Source: a virus (Duplodnaviria; Caudoviricetes). From it: DNA of 37,985 bases. Made by a program: the position numbers and the translations under genes. The notes below the pieces were generated by a model, which did not search any database, was not told where the DNA came from, and saw nothing but the letters and a program-made list of their open reading frames with translations. Location: positions 1-37,985 of IMG/VR virus record IMGVR_UViG_3300006120_000043. One strand, given 5' to 3'. How positions within the stretch are numbered: the stretch's first letter is position 1; every line of letters starts with the position of its first letter. Positions 25,570 through 34,922 of the stretch are shown one piece after another.

Positions 25570-25919
25570 TACAACTCCATGAGTAGCTTTTCCAAGACGT
25601 TGATGACTTGATGCTCGACACCTTCATCCTCTTTGTGGTGTCTAAAGTCATACAACAGGATATGCAATGCTTCATGAAGTGCTGTCTCTTTTAAAGACTC
25701 TTCATTGATTTCTACATTACCAAAATCACCAAGCTGATACATAGCCAGCCTAGCGTCTGGATCAAAGCTCACACAGGCCATTGCACCCCGTGGAACTTTG
25801 TTGATCTTTTCAATGCGCCAATCTAAAAGATTGAGTTTTTGTTGCCAATACAATATGTGCTTATGAAAGGATGCTGCTTGATCCTTGTTAGGCACATTCT
25901 TTACTTTCATTTCGGCCAC
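25569..25919 (-). CDS. Small zinc metallopeptidase-like protein
   Basis: HEXXH motif 'HEALH' plus downstream 'EH'. Confidence 0.7.
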   Translation of the reverse strand: MAEMKVKNVPNKDQAASFHKHILYWQQKLNLLDWRIEKINKVPRGAMACVSFDPDARLAMYQLGDFGNVEINEESLKETALHEALHILLYDFRHHKEDEGVEHQVINVLEKLLMEL

Positions 25920-26392
25920 GCTCGCTGGTACATCAACGAGTCTGAGGCGTGACCGTCAGCTTCTTTTGCCATTCCTGTATACGCTCGTTGGCACTCTGAG
26001 AGTACGGAACTGAGGGTTGAGGTGTAGAGGGCAAGGGCATCTCTGGAAGCTTGAGACTCGGTTGCAAGGTTGGTTGCGAGGGTGCTGTCGAACACCCGAC
26101 TAGACTTAGAAGCACTAGCGGCAACAGCAAGTAATGCTTTGCGATGTTGATCTGCTTGATTAAGAGCATCATCCTTTTCCTTTTGCAGTTCTTCAGTACG
26201 TTTTACTGTGAGGGCGGCAGACTCTACTTTTTCTTTGTCCCACAAAGCTTGAACACGGGCTTCACCAATACCTTGTTGATACTTGTCGTATGTATGTACG
26301 CCGTACACACATCCAGCAAAAACCAAAGCAATAGCGCCTATTTCAAACCAGCGTTTGTATAAAGACAGAAATGGCAATACAAGACTAAACAT
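25907..26392 (-). CDS. Rz: Inner-membrane spanin (Rz-like)
   Basis: N-terminal TM helix and coiled coil, directly after the endolysin. Confidence 0.8.
   Translation of the reverse strand: MFSLVLPFLSLYKRWFEIGAIALVFAGCVYGVHTYDKYQQGIGEARVQALWDKEKVESAALTVKRTEELQKEKDDALNQADQHRKALLAVAASASKSSRVFDSTLATNLATESQASRDALALYTSTLSSVLSECQRAYTGMAKEADGHASDSLMYQRAWPK
25933..26172 (-). CDS. Rz1: Outer-membrane spanin lipoprotein (Rz1-like), embedded in Rz
   Basis: Signal peptide with lipobox 'LVGC', Pro-rich mature part, nested in another frame of Rz. Confidence 0.8.
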   Translation of the reverse strand: MMLLIKQINIAKHYLLLPLVLLSLVGCSTAPSQPTLQPSLKLPEMPLPSTPQPSVPYSQSANERIQEWQKKLTVTPQTR

Positions 26393-26834
26393 CGAACATT
26401 GCAGCTTCTGCCGCCCTTCGTTTTACAAGACCATTCAATACCTTCCCGCCAGCCTTATTCCATTTAAAGAACTCGCGGTCAGCTTCCATCATTCGTTTCT
26501 GATTGATAAGCTTCAACAGAATCGAATTAGCCAGATTATATACACCTAAATTGAAAGTAAAGTCAACGAGCGCATCAAATTGTCCTTGTGTGATAGGCAC
26601 TTGGACTAGCTTTTTAATAGCCTCTTCACATTTGATAACGTCATCCACTAGAAAAGACAGCGCAACACCTTCTGTAATACGCATTCCAGGATGAACTTCA
26701 GGACCCGTGTGGCCGTAGCCAATGGTGTAGGGATGTGATCCAGTAGCGGGATCAGGGTAAGCCTCTAGCCTGAGAGACTCACTCATCATTGTCAGGTCAA
26801 ATCCTTGCTTATCAAATTCTAATGCTTCATTCAT
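26385..26834 (-). CDS. Endolysin, GH24 lysozyme
   Basis: 'ESLRLEAYPD......TIGYGHT', 'QFDALVDFTFNLG', 'GLVKRRAAE'. Confidence 0.95.
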   Translation of the reverse strand: MNEALEFDKQGFDLTMMSESLRLEAYPDPATGSHPYTIGYGHTGPEVHPGMRITEGVALSFLVDDVIKCEEAIKKLVQVPITQGQFDALVDFTFNLGVYNLANSILLKLINQKRMMEADREFFKWNKAGGKVLNGLVKRRAAEAAMFDV

Positions 26835-27067
26835 TTTGGTGGCTCTGGCTCGGTACTTGATTTAGCCCATAAAGCAGCGCCATGTGAAGCGGCTACTATG
26901 CCAATGGCTTGGGCAAGATTAGCAACGTCAACGGTTACATGGTTGTAAGCGGAATAAAGACTGTGGCCGATGATGGTGACCATAGAAGTAATCCATGACA
27001 CCCGACCTAAGTCGAGCGTCACGTTATCTTTGCCGGTCAGTAAATCTTTAAACCATTGAAAATTCAT
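26831..27067 (-). CDS. Putative holin
   Basis: 78 aa with two hydrophobic segments, immediately upstream of the endolysin. Confidence 0.65.
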   Translation of the reverse strand: MNFQWFKDLLTGKDNVTLDLGRVSWITSMVTIIGHSLYSAYNHVTVDVANLAQAIGIVAASHGAALWAKSSTEPEPPK

Positions 27068-27300
27068 TTGTCAGCTTTCGCTTCTAACTTGTCCATCAAG
27101 CGATCCAGTTTGTTGTCAATCTTGTCAAACATGATTTGCATATCTGACTTCATTGCGTATTCTTTAGGCAGTTCTTCGCGCAGTCTAGCGAGGTCAAGTT
27201 TCAAATCTTTGACAGCATCCCAAAGTTCTTTAGCAAACCAGCCAAGACAGACAAGGCCAGCGCCGCCAACAAGATTAACGATTAACTGCATATCGTTCAT
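27064..27300 (-). CDS. Membrane-anchored coiled-coil protein of the lysis cassette
   Basis: N-terminal TM, 'ELWDAVK.LK.DL....LPKEY..K.D' pattern. Confidence 0.7.
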   Translation of the reverse strand: MNDMQLIVNLVGGAGLVCLGWFAKELWDAVKDLKLDLARLREELPKEYAMKSDMQIMFDKIDNKLDRLMDKLEAKADK

Positions 27301-27302
27301 GA

Positions 27303-28811
27303 TTACTTCCTAGGTGATGTGACTTGGCGTGTTATTGATGACTTAACTTCAGGCTTCTCAAAAACACTTTGTTTACGCATCATTTCGATGTCTTCAGGTG
27401 TTTTAGTGAATAACTGATTGTATAAAAGTCCCAATGGATGCAAGTTACGAATCTCATTAGCGTGAGCTTGAGCTAACTCGTAATCACCATTTTTATAAGC
27501 TTGATTAGCTTGCTTGACAGTATGGGCAATATCAATAGCCCCAAGCAGACCAGCACCAATCCCACCCAATGTTTCAGGGGTTGCAAAACCGCCTTCACCA
27601 ACAGGTGGTTTAGAGCCAGGGACAATTTTGAACCCTGATTGCTTGGTCTCAATGCCTCGTGCTTTGCGTACATCTTTAGGAATGTCAGAAAAGCTTGGTT
27701 TAGAAACAACTTCACCAAAGCGATCCATCATTTGTTGATGGCTTTCAAAAGGCTTGCCGTTGTTGTAGCGGTCAATAAAATCTTGAGCGCCGGTTGGACC
27801 CATAGAACTGGTCAGCCATGTCATACCTTTACCTTTATTTACTTTGGCCCATTCTTCAGGCAAAGAAACTGTAGGAGTGGTAGATGTAGCTGGAGGAATA
27901 GCTGCACCTTTAGACACTTGCTTTTCAGGCAATGTAGTCTTTTCTGTAGATACGTTTTTGTTTTCAATAGCAGCGGTTTTAGGCGCTTCGGTAGCAGTTG
28001 TTGGCGCTTCAACAGGTTTCACAGCAGCTTGAATTGGCTTTTGTTCTTTAGGTGCTTCAGCAGCAATACCTTGTTTGCTTTCAAAAGGTTCTGTTTGCTG
28101 AGTAGCGGCGGCTGTTTCATCAGCAATAGAAACACGGCCTTCTTTAATTGCTTTGGCAATGTGAGGATGTTTCTTTTCGATTTCGGCCAATAAATCAACT
28201 TTTGGCTCTTCGGCAACAGCTTGTGTAGATGCTGGGCCACCTTTAGCTGCTTGTATCTTAGCTTCGGCTTCGTCAGCTTTAGCTTTGGCAAGGCGAATTT
28301 CATGTAACCGCTCTTCACGATCCATACGTTTCATGTACTCTTCGTGAGACTCTTGGCCTTCCATTGTTGGCTCAACTTTAGGAGCCTCTTCACCTTTTTT
28401 GCCAAAACTTTCTAAGGCTTTTTTACCGCCATACAAAGCAGCCAACAAACCACCAGCGCCAGCAACATAAGGTGCGGCCAACGAATACATATCAGAATTA
28501 GGTGATTTGGCTTCAGGGAATGGCATATTAGGAGCCATAGCACCTTGTCCTTGAGTAACAGCGCCAGTTACGTTTTGCATGGCCTGACTCATGTCATTTG
28601 CACTAACACCACCGTTAACACCTGTTGGCATATTAGAGCTAACAGGAGGCGCAATAGCAGAGGTTTTCGATGCTCTAACAACAGGAGCCGGTTGAGAAGC
28701 GGGGGTTGAAACAGGCGCAGTAGTTTGAGCTTGTTGCGCTCCATTAATTTGACTTAATGAATTACTAACCGCCTCATCATAAGCTGCTTGTTGTTCAGGT
28801 GTTAAAGCCAT
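27303..28811 (-). CDS. Probable internal virion / ejection protein
   Basis: 502 aa, low complexity, two hydrophobic Gly/Ala helices; last of the post-tail cluster. Confidence 0.6.
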   Translation of the reverse strand: MALTPEQQAAYDEAVSNSLSQINGAQQAQTTAPVSTPASQPAPVVRASKTSAIAPPVSSNMPTGVNGGVSANDMSQAMQNVTGAVTQGQGAMAPNMPFPEAKSPNSDMYSLAAPYVAGAGGLLAALYGGKKALESFGKKGEEAPKVEPTMEGQESHEEYMKRMDREERLHEIRLAKAKADEAEAKIQAAKGGPASTQAVAEEPKVDLLAEIEKKHPHIAKAIKEGRVSIADETAAATQQTEPFESKQGIAAEAPKEQKPIQAAVKPVEAPTTATEAPKTAAIENKNVSTEKTTLPEKQVSKGAAIPPATSTTPTVSLPEEWAKVNKGKGMTWLTSSMGPTGAQDFIDRYNNGKPFESHQQMMDRFGEVVSKPSFSDIPKDVRKARGIETKQSGFKIVPGSKPPVGEGGFATPETLGGIGAGLLGAIDIAHTVKQANQAYKNGDYELAQAHANEIRNLHPLGLLYNQLFTKTPEDIEMMRKQSVFEKPEVKSSITRQVTSPRK

Positions 28812-28818
28812 GTTTATC

Positions 28819-30297
28819 TCACTTAATCAGTTGATGAGTTAATTCGTCAAAAAGAGGTGCGTTTTGCATTAACTGTTTTCTTTTCTTTAGAATTTCAGCG
28901 CGGGTCAAATTCTTGTCTAAAGCTTTTTTATCTTCAATAGTTTTCAGATCGTATGTATTGTCAATGCCTTTAGCCAAATCAGAATCAGCGAATTCATTAG
29001 CAATTGTTACGCCGTCTTTGACTTGACCAGTACGACCCATTTCTTGCCAATCACGATTTACCTTGTCAGCAAAAGCGGCATTTAAAGCAGCGTTCTTTTG
29101 ATGTTGACTCATCGCTTTTAAGATATTGTCTCGGCCAGCCAATGTCACATCAACTTCGGGTGCGGGTGTATATCCAGGTGCAAAAGCATCTTGTGGCACT
29201 TTAGCGTTAACGGCTCTCAATTGTTCGTTCAATTGTTGCAAACGCATAAAACGCTGGAAGTCTTCTGGTGTCATAGCGCCACCAGTTAATGCCATGATTT
29301 GCGAAGCAATAGTTGCTTGCGCTTGATTGCCTTGTTGTTGGCTTTGTGTAGTACCCGCTTGTTGTGAAGCGTTAGTGCCAAAATTATTTTGAGCAGTATT
29401 GTTTACGCCAGCGCCAACCTTACCACCAATTCCAGTACCGCCATCAGCTATGGGTGCAACTGAACCAGGAACATTTCCTGAAATAATGCCATTAACGCTT
29501 AGACTATTTGCTTGATTGTTACCAGCATTTGCGCTGACACCAGTACCTGTTGTTTGGCCTTTACTTTGACCAGCAGTTTGAAAATCTTGCACAAACTTAA
29601 ACAACTGAGCGCGTTTATCAGGTGATAAATTTGCAATGGCATCAAGAGTTTGAGGATTCTTAATACCATGTGTTTCATTAATAATCTGTTGTGCAAGATT
29701 ATGAATTGCTGTGCTTGATTTGGCTGCTGCAAGTGAGTTTGCATAAGCGGCTTGTGATTGAGTTAAAGCACCATCACGAACAGCCTTTTGTATAACATTT
29801 AAGTTATCGTAATTAGAGCCTTTCAAAATGACCGCATCACGGCCACTCAAAATTCCACCTTTTTGATTCAGGCCATTAATTTCATCTTGGCTTAATTCTT
29901 TGTTATCTTCGTTTCTTACGATACGGCCATTAAAACCATTAGCGTTGTAGCCTTTTAAATAGACTTTTCCATCAGCGCCACGAGCTTGTTCATATTGAAC
30001 TGGACCGCCGTTGTAATACTTCCAAACACCCATCAAATCGCCTTTAAGGGCGCTTGCAATCATTCCTGGTAATTGCATTTGTTCATTTTCATGAACGTAT
30101 GGCGTAGCGTTTGCTTGTTTTTGGATGCCATTAGAGGCAGCAATGTTGTCTTCAGGCGAGCCTTTGCCTGTAAGCACCTTAACGATAGAAGGCAGCTCTT
30201 TAGGAACTTGCGCTGTTATTTCATCTTTTTGCTCTGGAACGTCAACGTGAGCTACTGGATCGGATTGGATTTCGATAGGAGGTGGCATCGCGGGCAT
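28819..30297 (-). CDS. Probable internal virion / ejection protein
   Basis: 492 aa Gln/Ala/Asn-rich helical protein in the post-tail cluster. Confidence 0.6.
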   Translation of the reverse strand: MPAMPPPIEIQSDPVAHVDVPEQKDEITAQVPKELPSIVKVLTGKGSPEDNIAASNGIQKQANATPYVHENEQMQLPGMIASALKGDLMGVWKYYNGGPVQYEQARGADGKVYLKGYNANGFNGRIVRNEDNKELSQDEINGLNQKGGILSGRDAVILKGSNYDNLNVIQKAVRDGALTQSQAAYANSLAAAKSSTAIHNLAQQIINETHGIKNPQTLDAIANLSPDKRAQLFKFVQDFQTAGQSKGQTTGTGVSANAGNNQANSLSVNGIISGNVPGSVAPIADGGTGIGGKVGAGVNNTAQNNFGTNASQQAGTTQSQQQGNQAQATIASQIMALTGGAMTPEDFQRFMRLQQLNEQLRAVNAKVPQDAFAPGYTPAPEVDVTLAGRDNILKAMSQHQKNAALNAAFADKVNRDWQEMGRTGQVKDGVTIANEFADSDLAKGIDNTYDLKTIEDKKALDKNLTRAEILKKRKQLMQNAPLFDELTHQLIK

Positions 30298-30308
30298 TTT
30301 TTATTCCT

Positions 30309-30752
30309 TTAAGCAAACAAAGCGGCTAGAGCGTCCATGCCTCCAGACAAAGCATCGCCAATACTTGAAACAATACCATCGCTAGATAATGGGGTTACAG
30401 ACTTGGTGAAATCAACAGCACCAGGGATAGCATCGGTTGCTGCATCAGCGGCAGCAGGTACGGCGGGAGCAGCGCCACGAGCAGCATTAACAGCGCCCAT
30501 TACGTTGCCTTGTCCTAATTGTGATGCGGCATTAGAAAGATTACCGGCTGTTTTAGAAACACCACTAAATTGATCTGTAAATGGCTTGGAAATCTGATCG
30601 CCAAGGTCAGACCAACTTGTAATTGGCTTTACAGGACCAGACGCTTCAGAAGGAGCTACGCCTTTTTTTTCATTTGTATTTAAATAAGAAGGCCCAATAC
30701 CTCTTGCCGCCAAATAATCTTGACCAAAATTAGGGTTGTAATAACCAGCCAT
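30309..30752 (-). CDS. Probable small virion protein
   Basis: 147 aa Ala/Gly-rich. Confidence 0.55.
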   Translation of the reverse strand: MAGYYNPNFGQDYLAARGIGPSYLNTNEKKGVAPSEASGPVKPITSWSDLGDQISKPFTDQFSGVSKTAGNLSNAASQLGQGNVMGAVNAARGAAPAVPAAADAATDAIPGAVDFTKSVTPLSSDGIVSSIGDALSGGMDALAALFA

Positions 30753-30762
30753 TTAAATCCCC

Positions 30763-31596
30763 TTATTTGCCACCAATGCTTTTACCCTTGCCGCTGCTAG
30801 AAGAGCTTTGAGTACCAGCAAAGTTAGGCGTAGTGTTAGCAGTTGGCACACCAAAAATAGTAGATGCGTATTGGTTATATGTGTTTTGAGGTGTTTGTGT
30901 ATAACCGATATTGGCAGCAGCGGCTTGATTCGCGGCATTAAGATTGCTTGCACCTTGACCTGCCAAACCAGCATAACCAGCTTGAGCGGCTGTAGATGCG
31001 TTCATGCCAGCACCCAAGATTGAGTTGGCAGCGGCCATACGGTTTTGCTCGACCTGCGACTGAGCGCCAGCAGCAGCAGCAGATTGACGCATACCTGTAA
31101 GGCTTTGTAAGTTTTGATCTGCCAAAGCTTGACGGGCAGAACCAAGACCACCAGCGCCACCATACATGGCATTTTGACCGGCTTGAGCTTGCAAAGCAGA
31201 TTCATATCCTGGCTCTAAAGCGGCTTGAACTTGTTGCTTTTCATAGTCAGGGCTAAACAACTGAGACAAAGTATTAGCGCCAGCACCTGTAAAAGCTTGT
31301 CCAAGACCTTGGTTATAAGCGGCCATTTGGCCTTGGCCGGTTGTTCCATAGTTCACGCCAAAATTACCAGCATTTTGGGATGTTTGGCCTGTTTGACTAG
31401 CTACGTTAATAGCATTGTTGGCAGCAGCAGTAGCGTTAGGATTTACTTGGTTATATACGTTTTGTGCGCCAGAAATCGTACTTTGATACGCAGGGAAAAT
31501 CGTATTGGTAAGAAAGTTTGTCTGTGCTTGTAGTGCCTGTGTTTGTTCAGGCGTTAGCTGGGTAGTTTGACTACCTGATGATTTACCCATTCCCAT
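30763..31596 (-). CDS. Probable DNA-transfer (pilot/ejection) protein
   Basis: Gly/Ala/Gln-rich, 'GGLGSARQALA' motif typical of podovirus ejection proteins. Confidence 0.65.
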   Translation of the reverse strand: MGMGKSSGSQTTQLTPEQTQALQAQTNFLTNTIFPAYQSTISGAQNVYNQVNPNATAAANNAINVASQTGQTSQNAGNFGVNYGTTGQGQMAAYNQGLGQAFTGAGANTLSQLFSPDYEKQQVQAALEPGYESALQAQAGQNAMYGGAGGLGSARQALADQNLQSLTGMRQSAAAAGAQSQVEQNRMAAANSILGAGMNASTAAQAGYAGLAGQGASNLNAANQAAAANIGYTQTPQNTYNQYASTIFGVPTANTTPNFAGTQSSSSSGKGKSIGGK

Positions 31597-31974
31597 TTAA
31601 GCACCCTTACCTTTCCCTGCGTGGAAATTATTTGTGTTTTGGCCGGTCATGCCAGAAACATTCCAAGGTTGTATTGTATTCTGATATGGATTAGATCGGT
31701 TATAAGCACCGCCAACTTGTTGTTGACCTGATGTATCAACATTTTGTCCAGTAATAGCTACAGGACCATTAGGACCTTGTTGCATGGATGCGGGTGCTTG
31801 ACCCATAGCAGGTTGACCACCTTGGCCTGGGTAAGTAATATTACCGTTGCCCATCGACATACCTTTGCCGGTTGGTGCGCCTACGCTTGAGCTGCCATTA
31901 GACGAGTTGCTACCCATGCCTTTAGCGCCTGTGTTTTGACTGCCGTTTTGTACGGCTGGACCCATTGCACCCAT
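31597..31974 (-). CDS. Gly/Gln/Asn-rich disordered protein
   Basis: 125 aa, tightly packed in the virion operon. Confidence 0.65.
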   Translation of the reverse strand: MGAMGPAVQNGSQNTGAKGMGSNSSNGSSSVGAPTGKGMSMGNGNITYPGQGGQPAMGQAPASMQQGPNGPVAITGQNVDTSGQQQVGGAYNRSNPYQNTIQPWNVSGMTGQNTNNFHAGKGKGA

Positions 31975-31983
31975 AAAACCCCT

Positions 31984-32421
31984 TTAAGTTGTTGTTGGCG
32001 CAGTAGGCCAAATTACATTTGTTGGATAACCTGATTGATTTGTAACATCTCTCAATGCTTGACGATATGTTTTCCAATCTTCCGGCATAACAACACCAGA
32101 ATCAGACTGTCTAATAACAAGCCAATCAGATTGAGATAACAACGTATCTCTTTTTTGAGCTATGTCGCTTTCTAACATGGCAACATTTAAAACCCATGCG
32201 TTTGTACCGAAATCCCAAAAATAATAAGGACTAGGACGCTCTGGTAATTTTACTGGTTGTCCATTAGAAATTACATATTCAATCGAAGAATATGTGCCTT
32301 CAATATAACTTACAGTCTTAACGCCAAGCCAGTTGTCAACAATTAGCTTAATAGATGAAGAATCACATTCAACTTGGCTAAGAATCTGACCATTAGTAGT
32401 GTTGTATACGGTGTACTTCAT
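31984..32421 (-). CDS. Tail fibre assembly chaperone
   Basis: 'RDTLLSQSDW.......W.TYRQALRDVT.Q.GYP..V.WP..P'. Confidence 0.85.
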   Translation of the reverse strand: MKYTVYNTTNGQILSQVECDSSSIKLIVDNWLGVKTVSYIEGTYSSIEYVISNGQPVKLPERPSPYYFWDFGTNAWVLNVAMLESDIAQKRDTLLSQSDWLVIRQSDSGVVMPEDWKTYRQALRDVTNQSGYPTNVIWPTAPTTT

Positions 32422-34922
32422 CGTTTAAGTTCCGTTACGTTGATTGACGGAAAAGCCGCATAAACAGAAGCTGACGCATTGTTACCCAATACTAAGAAAT
32501 AAGTTGTAGATACACCAGCAGTTACGCTTGAGTCAACAATAGTTGCAGCTTCAGCATCGCCGCCAAGAATTTGTCCATAGTAAGGCTGGGCTGAAGTGTC
32601 AAATACGTTTGCAGCACCACCAATATAGTAAAGACGAGTATAAGTTCCCGAAGTTACTTTCCATATTTCTAACACGTTATATTCGTGAGTAGCAGTATAG
32701 AAATAAGATGTTGCGTTAATTAAGATAGATGAGTTTGTGCTTGTAGGCGTAATTGTTACGCTAACAGGAATCGTTCTTGTATTGGCGGGCCATACACCTG
32801 ACAAGTTGGTAAATGAAATAACTTGACTAGGCGCATTCAAAGAAGCTGATACAACTGTACTAATCGCGTTTAAGTTGACGTTTCCGGTAGCTACAACATT
32901 CCCGTTCAACGTCATTTGTGAGCCGTTGTATGAAATGTTTGTAGATGAATTGCCTAAAGCAAAAGTACCTGTATTGTTAATGACAGCGCCAGCGCCGGTC
33001 ATTGTTGTTCCAGATACTGCCGGTGAACTGCCAACATTTAACGTGCCAGCAAATGAACCTGTGGCTGCACTTAAAGCGCCTGAAAAAGTGCCTGTTGCAG
33101 CACTTAACGCTCCAGCAAATGTAGTGCCAGCCGTCAACGTGCCTGCCGTAACAGTTCCAAGGTTTGCGCTAATAGCAGACAAACTTGTAACACTTAGCTT
33201 ATCAGCAGTAATTGTGTTTTGAACAATCAGGCTACCAGTAATGTAGGTAGTAGATAACACCCAAGACGTTGTGTATCTATAGATGGTTGCGTTGTTTTGA
33301 TTGTTATAAGAAACAGTTACGTTGTCGCCAGCAACAGGATTGCGGCCAATAACAGCATTTACTTCAGCGTTGGTAGGAGCGGAGCTATCGTTTGCTGTGC
33401 GATACACAACAAAAGTAGCAGACCCTGAAGAGCCATTTGTACCATTTGTGCCGTTAGTACCATTAGCACCATTGTTACCGTTGTAAGCAATAGCTCTAAT
33501 AGCGTTGCTTGTATTCGTCCAATCAAGCGTAGATGTTGTTGTAGTTGCGGTTACTGTCAAAGGAACAGTAATAGACCACAAATAGTTGCTAGGAGTTGTG
33601 TTGCTGGGTGCCGTTGTAGACCATCCAGAAGGCGCTGTATATGCGCCAGTAGACCAAGTATAGGTTGAGGTGGTTGACGGCCTTGTAGGAGGTGTGGCGC
33701 TACCCGTCCAAATATAAATGGTTGGGAATGCCGACATTTGACCGTTAGCACCGGCTTGTCCAGGTACGCCGTCATATACGACAGGCAAATTAACTGTCTT
33801 AGACAATGAGCCACTAATGTTAGTGCCTGTAACAGTAAGTGTTGCTGTAACGCCTGTGCTACTAGAAGTTGGCGTAACAACTACTGAAGCTGTGCTGGCG
33901 CTGGTTGGTGTAGCGCCTGAAATTGTCCATGAGTAAGTAGGCGATGTGACGTTTGTCAACAAGCCTGTCAAGGTGGCCGAAGTAGGGGTAAACGCACCAC
34001 CGCTGTTCTGAACAAAAGACGTATAACCAGAAATGTCGATGCCGACACCTTGTGGGCCTTGAGCGCCAGGGTCCGAATAGACAAACTGCAATACAACAGG
34101 ATTTGACTGAGTAACTTGACCTAAAGAATTCTTATAGCGAACAGGAACAGTCAAGAAAGCAGGGCTGTTTGGCATGGCCGTAGGCTGAGGCCATTGAGCA
34201 TACGTTGCTACTAAACTTGGATCGCCAATCGTGAGATTGTTTTTGGATATGTCAGCGTAGCCAGTAGTCGATGAATTACCGATGCGCCATGTATTATTTG
34301 TGAAGCTTACGTCAGTATCAGTCTGACCAGCACTAAATTGAACAATAGAACCTTTGTCTGTCGAATACAAAGCAGGTGTAATGTTGGTAAATACAGGAGC
34401 TAAAGGGCTTCCTGCGCGGGGAACGAGAAACGATCCTGGCGTAAAGTAAGAAACAAACCCTTCTTGTATGACAGGCGTTGTTCCAGACGTGACTATATCG
34501 AGGTCAATGTAATAGCCGGTAGCTTGCACCCAACCAGTATCAGGAGGAGCTGATGCAACAGCAAACTGAATGCTGCGACCACCAGTAACAATGTAGTAAA
34601 GAAAGTTGGTATTACCAAAACCTACCGTGTTGTACCATACGTAATCTGCGTAGTTTGAATCATCAGAATTAGAGTTAGTGTTACGCAGACCGTAATAAGT
34701 AGCACCTGTTGGAGAGTTGCTAAATCCTTGTGAGCCGTCATAACTTGTAGCGTACTTAACATCCAAGTACTTGTACAAATAAGCGATGATGACATTGCCA
34801 GGGCCTGTAATAGCACCTGTTACTTGATTGACGTTAGTAGCACTACCAAAGTTAGCCAGCAAGTAATTAACAGCATTTGTGATCTGCTGTGTGCTTGCAT
34901 TAGATGCAATGTTATATGCCAT
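32418..34922 (-). CDS. Tail spike/fibre protein
   Basis: 834 aa Thr/Ser/Gly-rich, short GxNGTN repeats, 'ITADKLSVTSLSAISANLGTVTAG' repeat as in central-fibre proteins; followed by a chaperone. Confidence 0.75.
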   Translation of the reverse strand: MAYNIASNASTQQITNAVNYLLANFGSATNVNQVTGAITGPGNVIIAYLYKYLDVKYATSYDGSQGFSNSPTGATYYGLRNTNSNSDDSNYADYVWYNTVGFGNTNFLYYIVTGGRSIQFAVASAPPDTGWVQATGYYIDLDIVTSGTTPVIQEGFVSYFTPGSFLVPRAGSPLAPVFTNITPALYSTDKGSIVQFSAGQTDTDVSFTNNTWRIGNSSTTGYADISKNNLTIGDPSLVATYAQWPQPTAMPNSPAFLTVPVRYKNSLGQVTQSNPVVLQFVYSDPGAQGPQGVGIDISGYTSFVQNSGGAFTPTSATLTGLLTNVTSPTYSWTISGATPTSASTASVVVTPTSSSTGVTATLTVTGTNISGSLSKTVNLPVVYDGVPGQAGANGQMSAFPTIYIWTGSATPPTRPSTTSTYTWSTGAYTAPSGWSTTAPSNTTPSNYLWSITVPLTVTATTTTSTLDWTNTSNAIRAIAYNGNNGANGTNGTNGTNGSSGSATFVVYRTANDSSAPTNAEVNAVIGRNPVAGDNVTVSYNNQNNATIYRYTTSWVLSTTYITGSLIVQNTITADKLSVTSLSAISANLGTVTAGTLTAGTTFAGALSAATGTFSGALSAATGSFAGTLNVGSSPAVSGTTMTGAGAVINNTGTFALGNSSTNISYNGSQMTLNGNVVATGNVNLNAISTVVSASLNAPSQVISFTNLSGVWPANTRTIPVSVTITPTSTNSSILINATSYFYTATHEYNVLEIWKVTSGTYTRLYYIGGAANVFDTSAQPYYGQILGGDAEAATIVDSSVTAGVSTTYFLVLGNNASASVYAAFPSINVTELKR

